From contig OZ242041.1 in the NCBI GenBank assembly GCA_965205215.1, positions 1,497,664 through 1,529,663 of the forward strand: DNA of 32,000 nt, in the 5' to 3' direction. The stretch is from Nitrosopumilus sp. GTDB taxonomy: Archaea; Thermoproteota; Nitrososphaeria; Nitrososphaerales; Nitrosopumilaceae. Under the pieces are notes generated by a model, which was given only the letters and a program-made list of their open reading frames with translations, was not told the DNA's origin and did no database searches. Shown piece after piece: positions 23,164 to 30,508 of the stretch (position 1 is its first letter; every line of letters starts with the position of its first letter). A program made the position numbers and the translations under genes.

Positions 23164-23343
23164 ATGGACCATGCGCGTCAAGGGGGGCAGTGGATCTGTT
23201 CCTTGTGCGGCCAGCGCCTCCCCGCGGACTTTGTGCAGGATGCCAGAAAGCGCCGCCACGAGGAGAGGCACACGAGATACGGGCACAACAACATAACTGC
23301 CAAGCCGTCCCAGATGAGCTGGCGGCTTGCTCGCGAGGAATAG
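23164..23343 (+). CDS. Possible small C2H2-like zinc-finger protein (59 aa)
   Basis: MDHARQGGQWICSLCGQRLPADFVQDARKRRHEERH: C-x2-C ... H-x3-H, but with a 16-residue spacer. A perfect hairpin follows 7 nt after the stop. No adjacent TATA; start uncertain (the track uses GTG at 23125). Confidence 0.3.
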   Translation: MDHARQGGQWICSLCGQRLPADFVQDARKRRHEERHTRYGHNNITAKPSQMSWRLAREE

Positions 23344-23349
23344 CAGCAG

Positions 23350-23372
23350 CCGCCGGCAGGTAGTGCCGGCGG
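23350..23372 (+). other. Perfect 9-bp stem hairpin CCGCCGGCA-ggtag-TGCCGGCGG
   Basis: Read directly. Begins 7 nt after the stop of ORF 23164-23343. Confidence 0.7.
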
Positions 23373-23543
23373 AGGGCGGGTGGGCGCCGAATACGCCGGA
23401 CGGTATGAGCGGTGGAGGAGAAGCAGAGTGGGAGGGGGAGACAAGGTCCAGACCCTCAATCGCGTATGGACACCTGCCCCATGCAGTAACGACAGCCGCG
23501 CGACGCGCCGCCGCAGGCGGTTCCCGCCGTGCCAAAGCTATGG

Positions 23544-23552
23544 CTTAAATTG
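23544..23552 (+). promoter_or_regulatory. TATA box of psmA
   Basis: CTTAAATTG 28 nt upstream of the ATG at 23576. Confidence 0.5.
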
Positions 23553-23575
23553 ACGAGATCCCCCAGTCCGCGTGT

Positions 23576-24325
23576 ATGCTTCCGGCACAGCAGGGTTATG
23601 ACAGGGCCATAACGATATTCTCCCCAGACGGCCGCCTGTACCAGGTCGAATACGCCATCGAGACCGTACGGCGCGGAACCGTTGCGCTTGGGATCAAATG
23701 CAAGGACGGAATCGTCATTGCAGTGGAGGAGAGGACAAAGAAACTCCAGATATCGCCGTCCGCCCAAAAGATATTCCAAGTTGACGACCATGTGGGGATC
23801 GCGGCGGCGGGATACATACCGGATGCGAGAAGCCAGGTGGACAACGCCCGCTTCTTCTCCCAGAGTAACCGCATCATATACGACGAGCCCGTGATGGTCG
23901 AGACCATTGCAAAGCACCTTGCAGACCAGTCCCAGCAGTACACGCAGTACGGGGGCGTGCGGCCGTTCGGGGTCGCGCTCATACTGGGCGGCGTCGTCAA
24001 TTCGACCCCGCAGCTCTTCCTTACCGACCCGAGCGGCACGTACATCGCGTACGACGCGGTCGCGATAGGCTCGGGCTCCGACAAGGTGACGGAGTTTCTG
24101 GAAAAGAACTACTCGTACGACCTGACCATGGAAGAGGCGTCAGTGTTGGCCGCAGGTGGCATCTACACCGCAAGCGAGGACAAGGAGGGCACTGATCACA
24201 TACGCATGGCCCGCATAAGCACGTCGGCGGCCACCTTTGAGAACGTCGCGGCAGAGTCGGTCTTGGAGTACGCCGCGGCCGCAAAGTCAAAGTACCAGCC
24301 ACCCGAGAGCGGTGGCGGCGAGTAA
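23576..24325 (+). CDS. psmA: Proteasome subunit alpha
   Basis: 249 aa. YDRAITIFSPDGRLYQVEYAIETVRRGT is the hallmark alpha-subunit N-terminus. Confidence 0.93.
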   Translation: MLPAQQGYDRAITIFSPDGRLYQVEYAIETVRRGTVALGIKCKDGIVIAVEERTKKLQISPSAQKIFQVDDHVGIAAAGYIPDARSQVDNARFFSQSNRIIYDEPVMVETIAKHLADQSQQYTQYGGVRPFGVALILGGVVNSTPQLFLTDPSGTYIAYDAVAIGSGSDKVTEFLEKNYSYDLTMEEASVLAAGGIYTASEDKEGTDHIRMARISTSAATFENVAAESVLEYAAAAKSKYQPPESGGGE

Positions 24326-24331
24326 TCACGC

Positions 24332-25240
24332 TTGAACATATCCGTCGCGATTCCAGAGACGTCCCTTTCCGACGAGTCCCAAAAGTCCGCAAAGACCCGC
24401 AAGGCGTCGGTGATTGCAAGGGCGTGCGCGATATTCGGGGTTGAGACCATCTACGTGTATGGCGAGGGGGGCGGCAAGGGCGCCAAAAGTACCAGAAACA
24501 GCGGCGGCAAGTCAGACGCGGACCTTCTCATCACGTCCCTGAGGTACTTGGAGACGCCGCAGTTCCTCCGACGACACCTGTTTGCCCGCACAGACGATCT
24601 AAAGTTTGCAGGCGTGATGCTCCCACTGCGCATACCCAGCCATGCCACTTCCAGAAGGCTCGAGGCGGGACAGGTGCGCGAAGGTGTCATAGTCCCCTCG
24701 GGGGGACGGAAGGGGAGAAGGGAGGGCGGCGGGCACGGCGGCGGGAAATTCATAGATGTGGGGGCAAGCAGGCCCCTCAGGTACACGGGCAGGGCCCCTC
24801 CGGGAAGACGCGTGACTGTCCGCATAAAGAGCGCGGGGCCGGACGCCTCGTATGCTGAGATCGACAGGGAGCAGGCGGACTCGTACTGGGGCTACTCGGT
24901 AAGGGGCCGCGCATCCCTCCAGTCACTGCTTGCGGAGTGGAAGGGGCAGATCATAATAACGTCAAGAAAGGGCAGGCCCGTGCGGGGGGCTCCCGCTGGC
25001 GGTGGAAGGAAAGGCGGCGGTGCAAGCACGCCCCCATCGTCCATACTAAGGGATCGCTCCGACCTGCTGGTCGTGTTCGGCTCGCCTGAGCGCGGGGTCC
25101 ACGAGATACTCGGGGGAGGTGCAGGGGCCATGAGCAGCGCCCGCATACTGGACTTTTTTCCGGGGCAGCAGACTGCCACCGTAAGGCTGGAGGAGGCCAT
25201 CATGGGTGCGCTTGCAATAATAAACGTAGAAGCAGCATAG
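24332..25240 (+). CDS. SPOUT-superfamily putative RNA methyltransferase (DUF171 / MTH1 / SPOUT1-like)
   Basis: 302 aa, TTG start. MNISVAIPETSLSDE ... ASVIARACAIFGVETIYVY ... YLETPQFLRRHLF ... LLVVFGSPERG ... QTATVRLEEAIMGALAIIN follows the DUF171 pattern. Three Gly/Arg/Lys-rich insertions. Confidence 0.75.
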   Translation: MNISVAIPETSLSDESQKSAKTRKASVIARACAIFGVETIYVYGEGGGKGAKSTRNSGGKSDADLLITSLRYLETPQFLRRHLFARTDDLKFAGVMLPLRIPSHATSRRLEAGQVREGVIVPSGGRKGRREGGGHGGGKFIDVGASRPLRYTGRAPPGRRVTVRIKSAGPDASYAEIDREQADSYWGYSVRGRASLQSLLAEWKGQIIITSRKGRPVRGAPAGGGRKGGGASTPPSSILRDRSDLLVVFGSPERGVHEILGGGAGAMSSARILDFFPGQQTATVRLEEAIMGALAIINVEAA

Positions 25241-25333
25241 TCGCCCTCAAGATAGGCTGTCAGAAGGCGCTCCTTCTGGCCGCCACCGGCACTTTTCAGT
25301 CGTCCCTCCCCCTGCCGCGGCCGGGACGATAGC

Positions 25334-25340
25334 GATAATA
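25334..25340 (+). promoter_or_regulatory. TATA box of micro-ORF 25365-25475
   Basis: GATAATA 28 nt upstream of the ATG at 25365. Confidence 0.4.
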
Positions 25341-25364
25341 GGCCGCCGTAGGAGCCAGAAGCGG

Positions 25365-25475
25365 ATGGCCGAGCGAAAAAGCTTCCTTCTGGTGGCGATG
25401 GCAGTCGGCGCCGCGGGGATTGCCGCTGGCGCGTACGTCATGTGGGAGATGCTCGTGCGCGTGACCGGCCCCTGA
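25365..25475 (+). CDS. Micro-ORF, 36-aa single-pass membrane peptide
   Basis: Not in the track. MAERKSFLLVAMAVGAAGIAAGAYVMWEMLVRVTGP. TATA at the correct spacing. More plausible than the opposite-strand track ORF 25247..25495. Confidence 0.35.
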   Translation: MAERKSFLLVAMAVGAAGIAAGAYVMWEMLVRVTGP

Positions 25476-25501
25476 GCCCCCGCGCGGGCCCGCACCGGCC
25501 C

Positions 25502-26848
25502 CTACCTCTTTGGCGGTATCGCAAAGCGGTTGGCCGGATCCTGATGATACTTGACGGGCAGCATCGCGTCCTTTTGCCGGCCCGTAAGGATCCCCACCAC
25601 GACGTCGTCGCGCTTTATCACCTCCTGCCTTACGAGTTTTCTGATTCCGGCAACGGTGGCCCCGGACGCCATCTCGCAGTCGAACCCGTTGAGCCCCACC
25701 ACCGACATGCCGTCAAGCATCTCTGCGTCGGACACGGTGGTGACAACCCCGTCGGTCAGCTCCAGGGCTCTGAGCCCTTTTAGTATGTTGGCGGGCCTCC
25801 CAATCTGTATGGCGGTGGCCTTTGTGCGCGGCCTCTCTCCGCGCCCGTCAAGGTCTGCATAGTATCTTTCGATGGCGTCCTCGTCGGGCAGCCCGGCGTT
25901 CCACCGCAGCTCCGTGCCCTCAAATGCCCCGTTGTACAGATCCGACAGCGTGCGCGCCCCCTCCGCGTTTATCACGGCTATCCTCGGCATCTTTTTTATC
26001 CAGCCCCACCCGTACAGCTCCATCAGGGCCTTGCCGCAGCTTGACGTGTTTCCGAGCGCTCCACCGGGATACACGATCCAGTCCGGGACCGCCCAGTTCA
26101 GGTACTCGAGCGCCCTGAACGGTATGGTCTTCTGCCCCTCTATCCGGAACGGGTTTATCGAGTTGACCGTATAGCCTCCCCCGGTTCGGGCGTCTGTCAG
26201 CGACTGCTGCAGAGCGTCGTCAAAGTTTCCGTCGACCTCTATTATCTGGGCTCCGAACTGGTACGCCTGGCTGAGCTTGCCGGGGGCAATCTGCCCGGCC
26301 GGGATGTACACGTCGCAGGACATGCCCTCGTTTGCGGCAAACATTCCGGCCGACGCGGACGTGTTGCCGGTCGACGCGCACACGATGCGGTCTGCGCCGG
26401 TCAACCTGGCGTGCGTGACGGCGGTGGTCATCCCGTTGTCCTTGAACGAGCCGCTCGGGTTGTAGCCCTCCGGTTGGAGCCACAGCCCGCCGCTTGCGAT
26501 GCCGGCAAACTCGGCCGCCTTGGACATGTGGTACGGCTTTGCCTGCCTGCCCTCGGCCCCGTCAAGGGACACCAGCACGGACGCGCATGCCTGCGCGTCC
26601 TCCGTGTCAATCTGGCAAAAGTTGAGCAGTTCCCGGAACCGCCAGACCCCGCTCTCGTCAAATATGTTCCCCTGCGAGTTGCGGCGCCTGTAAAAAACAT
26701 CCTTTGTGCGCACGTGGGGCCCCCGGTCGTACGTCACGTCGAGGAGGTGCCCCCTCTCACACTCGACTCTGGCCTCTCCAATCTCGTAGCGGAGGGGGCA
26801 CTTGGGGTGTATGCACTCAAGATGCGCGCCAGCCTTTGGACCGTCCAT
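25502..26848 (-). CDS. thrC: Threonine synthase
   Basis: 448 aa. N-terminal zinc-ribbon-like LECIHPKCPLRYEIGEARVECERGH. PLP-lysine motif NPSGSFKDNGMT. STGNTSAS and the rest of the fold-type II PLP pattern. Confidence 0.92.
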   Translation of the reverse strand: MDGPKAGAHLECIHPKCPLRYEIGEARVECERGHLLDVTYDRGPHVRTKDVFYRRRNSQGNIFDESGVWRFRELLNFCQIDTEDAQACASVLVSLDGAEGRQAKPYHMSKAAEFAGIASGGLWLQPEGYNPSGSFKDNGMTTAVTHARLTGADRIVCASTGNTSASAGMFAANEGMSCDVYIPAGQIAPGKLSQAYQFGAQIIEVDGNFDDALQQSLTDARTGGGYTVNSINPFRIEGQKTIPFRALEYLNWAVPDWIVYPGGALGNTSSCGKALMELYGWGWIKKMPRIAVINAEGARTLSDLYNGAFEGTELRWNAGLPDEDAIERYYADLDGRGERPRTKATAIQIGRPANILKGLRALELTDGVVTTVSDAEMLDGMSVVGLNGFDCEMASGATVAGIRKLVRQEVIKRDDVVVGILTGRQKDAMLPVKYHQDPANRFAIPPKR

Positions 26849-26866
26849 ACTAAGAGGCCGAGGCGT

Positions 26867-26877
26867 GTTTTTTTAAG
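26867..26877 (-). promoter_or_regulatory. TATA box of thrC
   Basis: GCTTAAAAAAA on the minus strand, about 24 nt upstream of the ATG at 26848. Confidence 0.45.
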
Positions 26878-27013
26878 CATTTGTAATCAAAACCCCGGCT
26901 GCTGGACGCGGCATGCCGAGTGCAACACACCCGGCGCGCCGGATCCCCCCGCTACAGTATGTCCCGCCCCTCCGTGCATTTCATTCCGGGGGCAGTGGCA
27001 GCCGCAGGCGCGC

Positions 27014-27033
27014 GGTCCCTTTTGGACAAGGGA
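27014..27033. other. Hairpin GTCCCTT-ttggac-AAGGGAC
   Basis: Read directly, in the unassigned GC-rich spacer between thrC and ORF 27190. Confidence 0.6.
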
Positions 27034-27156
27034 CTTTCGTGCCGGGCGGCCCTGCACCCGCTCGACGCCGTCCGACGTGGCGGCCGATCCGACGGGTCCC
27101 GGGCACGCCCGCGACCGGCACGCCCACTCTGCGTCCGAGCCGACGCAGGCGTGAGC

Positions 27157-27165
27157 AATATTTAG
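27157..27165 (+). promoter_or_regulatory. TATA box of ORF 27190
   Basis: AATATTTAG about 29 nt upstream of the ATG at 27190. Confidence 0.45.
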
Positions 27166-27189
27166 ATTAAGAATGCGCCGCGTAACGGC

Positions 27190-27564
27190 ATGGTCACATA
27201 TTCGGGGCACTTGAAGAGGGTGCTGCTCCAGGTACTCGAGTCGCACGGCGTGCTTGCCGACATCAAGAACACCCCGCTAGACATTGACGGGATAAAGAGG
27301 GAGATGCTCCGGATAAACGGATCGCTCAAGGCGGTGCTCTCAAGCGTTCCCGAGTCAAGCATCACGCACTCGGACTACAAGGCGCTGCGGGCAAAGTTTG
27401 CCGCATACCTCGACTCGTACGACTTTGAGGGCGAGCTTGATGCAATGTACATGCTGTACGCCGAAGACATGATGCGCATAAACAACGTCAGGGCCAAGAT
27501 ATTAGAGGCGCTCGAGGACAAGGGGATGATGAAATCCACGATGGAGATGGCAGAACAGCTATGA
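27190..27564 (+). CDS. Hypothetical all-helical protein (124 aa)
   Basis: Clean ORF with TATA at the correct spacing. No family recognised. Its stop overlaps the start of the zinc-knuckle micro-ORF (ATGA). Confidence 0.55.
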   Translation: MVTYSGHLKRVLLQVLESHGVLADIKNTPLDIDGIKREMLRINGSLKAVLSSVPESSITHSDYKALRAKFAAYLDSYDFEGELDAMYMLYAEDMMRINNVRAKILEALEDKGMMKSTMEMAEQL

Positions 27565-27701
27565 CGCGCGGCGAGTCCGGAGGCGGCGGCCGGAACGGGG
27601 ACGACAGGAGGTGCGTACTATGCGGATGTAGGGACCACAGGGTGTTCGGGTGCGCAAGGCATGTGGCTGGCAGGTGCTCGTGCAAAAACAAGGAGGCCTG
27701 A
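27561..27701 (+). CDS. Micro-ORF, 46-aa CCHC zinc-knuckle-like peptide
   Basis: Not in the track. Translated codon by codon: MTRGESGGGGRNGDDRRCVLCGCRDHRVFGCARHVAGRCSCKNKEA. CVLCGCRDHRVFGC has exact C-x2-C-x4-H-x4-C spacing. ATGA start/stop overlap with the upstream gene. Confidence 0.4.
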   Translation: MTRGESGGGGRNGDDRRCVLCGCRDHRVFGCARHVAGRCSCKNKEA

Positions 27702-27706
27702 AGTCG

Positions 27707-27826
27707 TCAGCCCCGCCTTCCGGGGCCCGATCTTATGTGAAAGTTGAGGCAGCACCCGCATTCCTTCTCGATGCACTCATCCTCGTGGTGGTGCCCGCAT
27801 ATGCCACACTCGCAGCTCCTTGCCAT
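27707..27826 (-). CDS. Micro-ORF, 39-aa Cys/His-rich putative metal-binding peptide
   Basis: Not in the track. Translated codon by codon: MARSCECGICGHHHEDECIEKECGCCLNFHIRSGPGRRG (7 Cys, 4 His). TATA at 27850-27857, 27 nt upstream. Confidence 0.4.
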   Translation of the reverse strand: MARSCECGICGHHHEDECIEKECGCCLNFHIRSGPGRRG

Positions 27827-27849
27827 CACATATGATATGCGGGATCAGC

Positions 27850-27857
27850 ATATAATA
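27850..27857 (-). promoter_or_regulatory. TATA box of the Cys/His-rich micro-ORF
   Basis: TATTATAT on the minus strand (within TCTATTATATGC), 27 nt upstream of the ATG at 27826. Confidence 0.45.
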
Positions 27858-27914
27858 GATGCTGCAGGGGCGGCGCCTTGCCCGGCACGCCGCAGGATCC
27901 GCCGCGCCGGCCAG

Positions 27915-28250
27915 TCACCGTCTTCGCGCCTGGTTCCGGCTCTTTCGGCGGCTGCTTGCCGGCGCCTGCTTTTCGTTAAGCTCGTTCTCCCTGGCCTCGG
28001 CCTTGCTGTCCACGGCCCTTATCACCTCTTGAATCATGCCGTCAAGATCGCTGTCGTCCACGGGCGGCTCCACCCCAGATGCGATCTCGTGGATCGTCTC
28101 AGATATCTCCGCGCTCAGATCCTCAAAACTCTCCGGATCCTCGTATGCGGCTCCATACAGGTTGCGCAGCGTGTTGACGTGCTCGACGACCTGATCGGTC
28201 AGCATGATTCTGTAGTCCGTTCCGTTTATGCTGAACTCCCTTGAACTCAC
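27915..28250 (-). CDS. Hypothetical acidic protein with a basic C-terminal tail (about 111 aa)
   Basis: Start placed at the GTG at 28250, 29 nt downstream of the TATA at 28273-28286. The track start at 28370 is upstream of that TATA. The next in-frame ATG is 28205. No family recognised. Confidence 0.4.
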   Translation of the reverse strand: MSSREFSINGTDYRIMLTDQVVEHVNTLRNLYGAAYEDPESFEDLSAEISETIHEIASGVEPPVDDSDLDGMIQEVIRAVDSKAEARENELNEKQAPASSRRKSRNQARRR

Positions 28251-28272
28251 AATGGGCCTCTGAGAGGTGTGC

Positions 28273-28286
28273 TTATAACTTTTAAC
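28273..28286 (-). promoter_or_regulatory. TATA box of ORF 27915-28250
   Basis: TTAAAAGTTATAAG on the minus strand. Confidence 0.4.
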
Positions 28287-28432
28287 GAAAAAAGATCCCG
28301 GTTCCGGCAGGAGGTGGCGCATCCTGCGGCGGACGGGGAGTGGCTTCTGCCACACAAGCCGCGCATGCAAGGACGATCATGACTCGAATGGTACATCCGG
28401 AGGACAGCGGCGCGTACGCCGCATGCACGAGC

Positions 28433-28885
28433 TCAGAATACGATATAGTCAAGCGCCGACGCGTCGCTGATCAGCCTGGTGTGCCTAACCCCGAGCACGT
28501 ATCCGTTCTTGATGTCGGCGGTGGGAATCCACCTGTTTGTGGACGTGTAGTGCCGTTTTTCGGCAAGCTCCCTCTCGATTGCCTCTATGTCAAACTCCGC
28601 CTCCTCTACCTCCTGGGTGGTCAGGTGCTTTATCGTAACCAGTATCTTTGTCACCTTGACGCGGTCGCCAAACTTCCACCGGGACGAGGGGACCTCGTCG
28701 GAGACCTCCAGCACCTTTATCTTCATCTGCTTTGTCCGAAAAACGTCGTAGCTGGTGAGCATCCGCTCGTCGGTAAACTCCTCAAAGCTGGTGCGCGAGC
28801 CCGTCTCGGTGTCGGACACCGTGTCGAGCAGGGACTTTGTCTCAGTGGTGGCCGGCTCCTCCACGTCAAAGTTGCCCGACGACAT
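28433..28885 (-). CDS. Hypothetical protein (150 aa)
   Basis: Start at MSSGNFDVEEP (ATG at 28885), 28 nt downstream of the TATA at 28908-28917. Acidic N-terminal region, then a beta-rich KIKVLEVSDEVPSSRWKFGDRVKVTKILV segment. No family recognised. Confidence 0.45.
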   Translation of the reverse strand: MSSGNFDVEEPATTETKSLLDTVSDTETGSRTSFEEFTDERMLTSYDVFRTKQMKIKVLEVSDEVPSSRWKFGDRVKVTKILVTIKHLTTQEVEEAEFDIEAIERELAEKRHYTSTNRWIPTADIKNGYVLGVRHTRLISDASALDYIVF

Positions 28886-28907
28886 CGCAGATCGTACGCC
28901 CCCACTA

Positions 28908-28917
28908 CTAAAAAATG
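28908..28917 (-). promoter_or_regulatory. TATA box of ORF 28433-28885
   Basis: CATTTTTTAG on the minus strand. Overlaps the stop codon of the nuclease gene. Confidence 0.4.
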
Positions 28918-29585
28918 ATTCGCGCGCCGCGGACAGCCTCTGCGGGCTGCCGCGTCTCAAACGGCATGACGCACTCGGCGCCCCGGACCGGCACCCTGTA
29001 GTCGCTGTCGAGCCCCTCTCGCCTTGTATAGAATCTTCCGTCGTACGTGCATATGCACTCGGTCGTCTTCGACCTGTGCCCCCTGACCTTGTAAAACTCG
29101 TGTAGCTCCCTTGGGCGGTACTCGGCCGTCCCTATGCGCCTCTTTGAGATGAACTTGTAGGCAAGTATGACATGGCGCTTCTTGAACGCCGAGAACGTGT
29201 CGGCCCATACCCGGCAGCGCTCCACCTGCTCGGCCGGAACCGACAGCGCGGTGCCCGAACCGGACTTTGCCTCAATTACGACCAGGTGCCCCTTCTTCGG
29301 GTTCACGGCCAGTATGTCCGGTAGCCCCGTACTGGGGGAGCCGAGCCGGAAGGCCCTCCATCCCTCGCTCGAGTTGAACCGCTTTACCAGCGTGTCCTCC
29401 CACTGGTAGCCTCGCTGGCGGCGGGTGCGCGCTGCGGCCCTGTTGCCGCTGCTGTTGCCGCCGCGTTCGTGCTTTGTACGACCCTGGCGCCGCCCAGCGG
29501 CAGAACCGCGGCCGCGCACGTCGCCGGCCTGCCCCGGATCGGGGGCGCCGTGCGCGGGTGGACCCGCCCGGCGTGCCATAGTCAT
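28908..29585 (-). CDS. Hjc-type PD-(D/E)XK nuclease (archaeal Holliday-junction-resolvase fold) with an Arg/Gly-rich N-terminal tail and an extended C-terminus
   Basis: 225 aa from the ATG at 29585 (TATA 27 nt upstream). Core: GYQWEDTLVKRFNSSEGWRAFRLGSPSTGLPDILAV ... GHLVVIEAKSG ... HVILAYKF, which aligns with the Hjc E / D / E-x-K arrangement. Confidence 0.65.
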   Translation of the reverse strand: MTMARRAGPPAHGAPDPGQAGDVRGRGSAAGRRQGRTKHERGGNSSGNRAAARTRRQRGYQWEDTLVKRFNSSEGWRAFRLGSPSTGLPDILAVNPKKGHLVVIEAKSGSGTALSVPAEQVERCRVWADTFSAFKKRHVILAYKFISKRRIGTAEYRPRELHEFYKVRGHRSKTTECICTYDGRFYTRREGLDSDYRVPVRGAECVMPFETRQPAEAVRGARIIF

Positions 29586-29608
29586 GCCAGCCGCTCCCCG
29601 CCCGGCGG

Positions 29609-29615
29609 TTATATC
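29609..29615 (-). promoter_or_regulatory. TATA box of the Hjc-like gene
   Basis: GATATAA on the minus strand, 27 nt upstream of the ATG at 29585. Confidence 0.45.
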
Positions 29616-29700
29616 TTGTGCTGATTGCGGAACGGACGGCATCGGATCCGGGTTCCCGCGCAATCCGGCTGCGGGCATTCCAGAGGGAGATCCGATGGAC

Positions 29701-29706
29701 AAATTT
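29701..29706 (+). promoter_or_regulatory. TATA-like box of ORF 29726
   Basis: AAATTT within GACAAATTTGAAG, about 23 nt upstream of the ATG at 29726. Confidence 0.35.
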
Positions 29707-29725
29707 GAAGCTGCGCCTACGAAAG

Positions 29726-30508
29726 ATGGTTATACCGCGCGCGCCCATACATGCCGTGGCCCTCAAGCGCATCTGCGACGGCACGTGCAAAAACTACGGC
29801 GTAAAGAAGCCTGCGGCCGGGGGAAGGTACGTGGCAGGACAGGCAAGGTGCCAGACGTGCGACATGTGGATAGACCACCAGGGGGCGCACCTATTTGGTG
29901 GCAGGCCCGCCACGGCGGGCTCGAAGGGATGGTTCTGCAACTGCTGCAACTACAGGGTCAGGCGCAATCCAAGGAACATAGTGTACAAGTCAAAGCTGCG
30001 GAGCAACGCTTATGACGCAGGCTCCATGACCGCCACGGACGAGCTCGGGATGAGGGGGGCAGGCAGGGACCCCAGAGGCGCGTCCTTGGGGGTGGGAGGT
30101 GACGAGGAGGAGGAGGAGGAGCATCCGCGCATAGACCTGTCTTACTTTAACAAAAAACGTGCCATGATGCTCAGGGAGCTCGGCGCGCTCATGGCCCGCA
30201 TGGGCCATGATCCCGAAAATCTGGCCGAGGGCTTTCCCCTGCGACACGGGTGGACCGTATCGGACATCGCGACGGAGTTTGACGCAGGGTTTGGCGAGGT
30301 GGTGAGGCACGCCGTCGGCAGCGAGCCCAACAAGATATCGCTGATAGCGGACTTTGAGATGGCAAGGGACAAGGCGGGCAGGGTTCCGACGCCGCAGGAC
30401 ATGCAGGAGCACTCGCGGTTTGCCATATCGGACTACAAAAGAGAGTTCAAGTCGTGGGAGCATTTTCTCGATAGGCTCGGGTACGATCCGTGGTATCGCG
30501 GTAACTAG
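29726..30508 (+). CDS. Zinc-ribbon protein with a C-terminal homing-endonuclease-associated repeat (putative DNA-binding)
   Basis: 260 aa. Cys pairs CDGTC / CQTC / CNCC. E-rich linker. C-terminal KISLIADFEMARDKAGRVPTPQDMQEHSRFAISDYKREFKSWEHFLDRLGY fits the repeat pattern (G-R-x-P-T ... Y-x-x-x-F-x-S-W ... L-x-x-x-G). Confidence 0.55.
   Translation: MVIPRAPIHAVALKRICDGTCKNYGVKKPAAGGRYVAGQARCQTCDMWIDHQGAHLFGGRPATAGSKGWFCNCCNYRVRRNPRNIVYKSKLRSNAYDAGSMTATDELGMRGAGRDPRGASLGVGGDEEEEEEHPRIDLSYFNKKRAMMLRELGALMARMGHDPENLAEGFPLRHGWTVSDIATEFDAGFGEVVRHAVGSEPNKISLIADFEMARDKAGRVPTPQDMQEHSRFAISDYKREFKSWEHFLDRLGYDPWYRGN

Noticed and set aside
22999-23535. 178-aa minus-strand ORF in the DUF371-psmA spacer
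   Set aside because: Arg/Ala/Pro-rich with no promoter. It would start inside the psmA promoter region. The plus-strand TATA, mini-ORF and hairpin give a more coherent reading, though they are still uncertain.
27026-27047. GAAAGUCC on the minus strand resembling the RNase P RNA CR-I motif, with an ACAAAUGCUUA-like string about 170 nt downstream
   Set aside because: The GAAAGUCCC segment is simply one arm of the local hairpin 27014-27033. The spacing is too short, and the second motif overlaps the thrC TATA box. No P4-type long-range pairing could be built.
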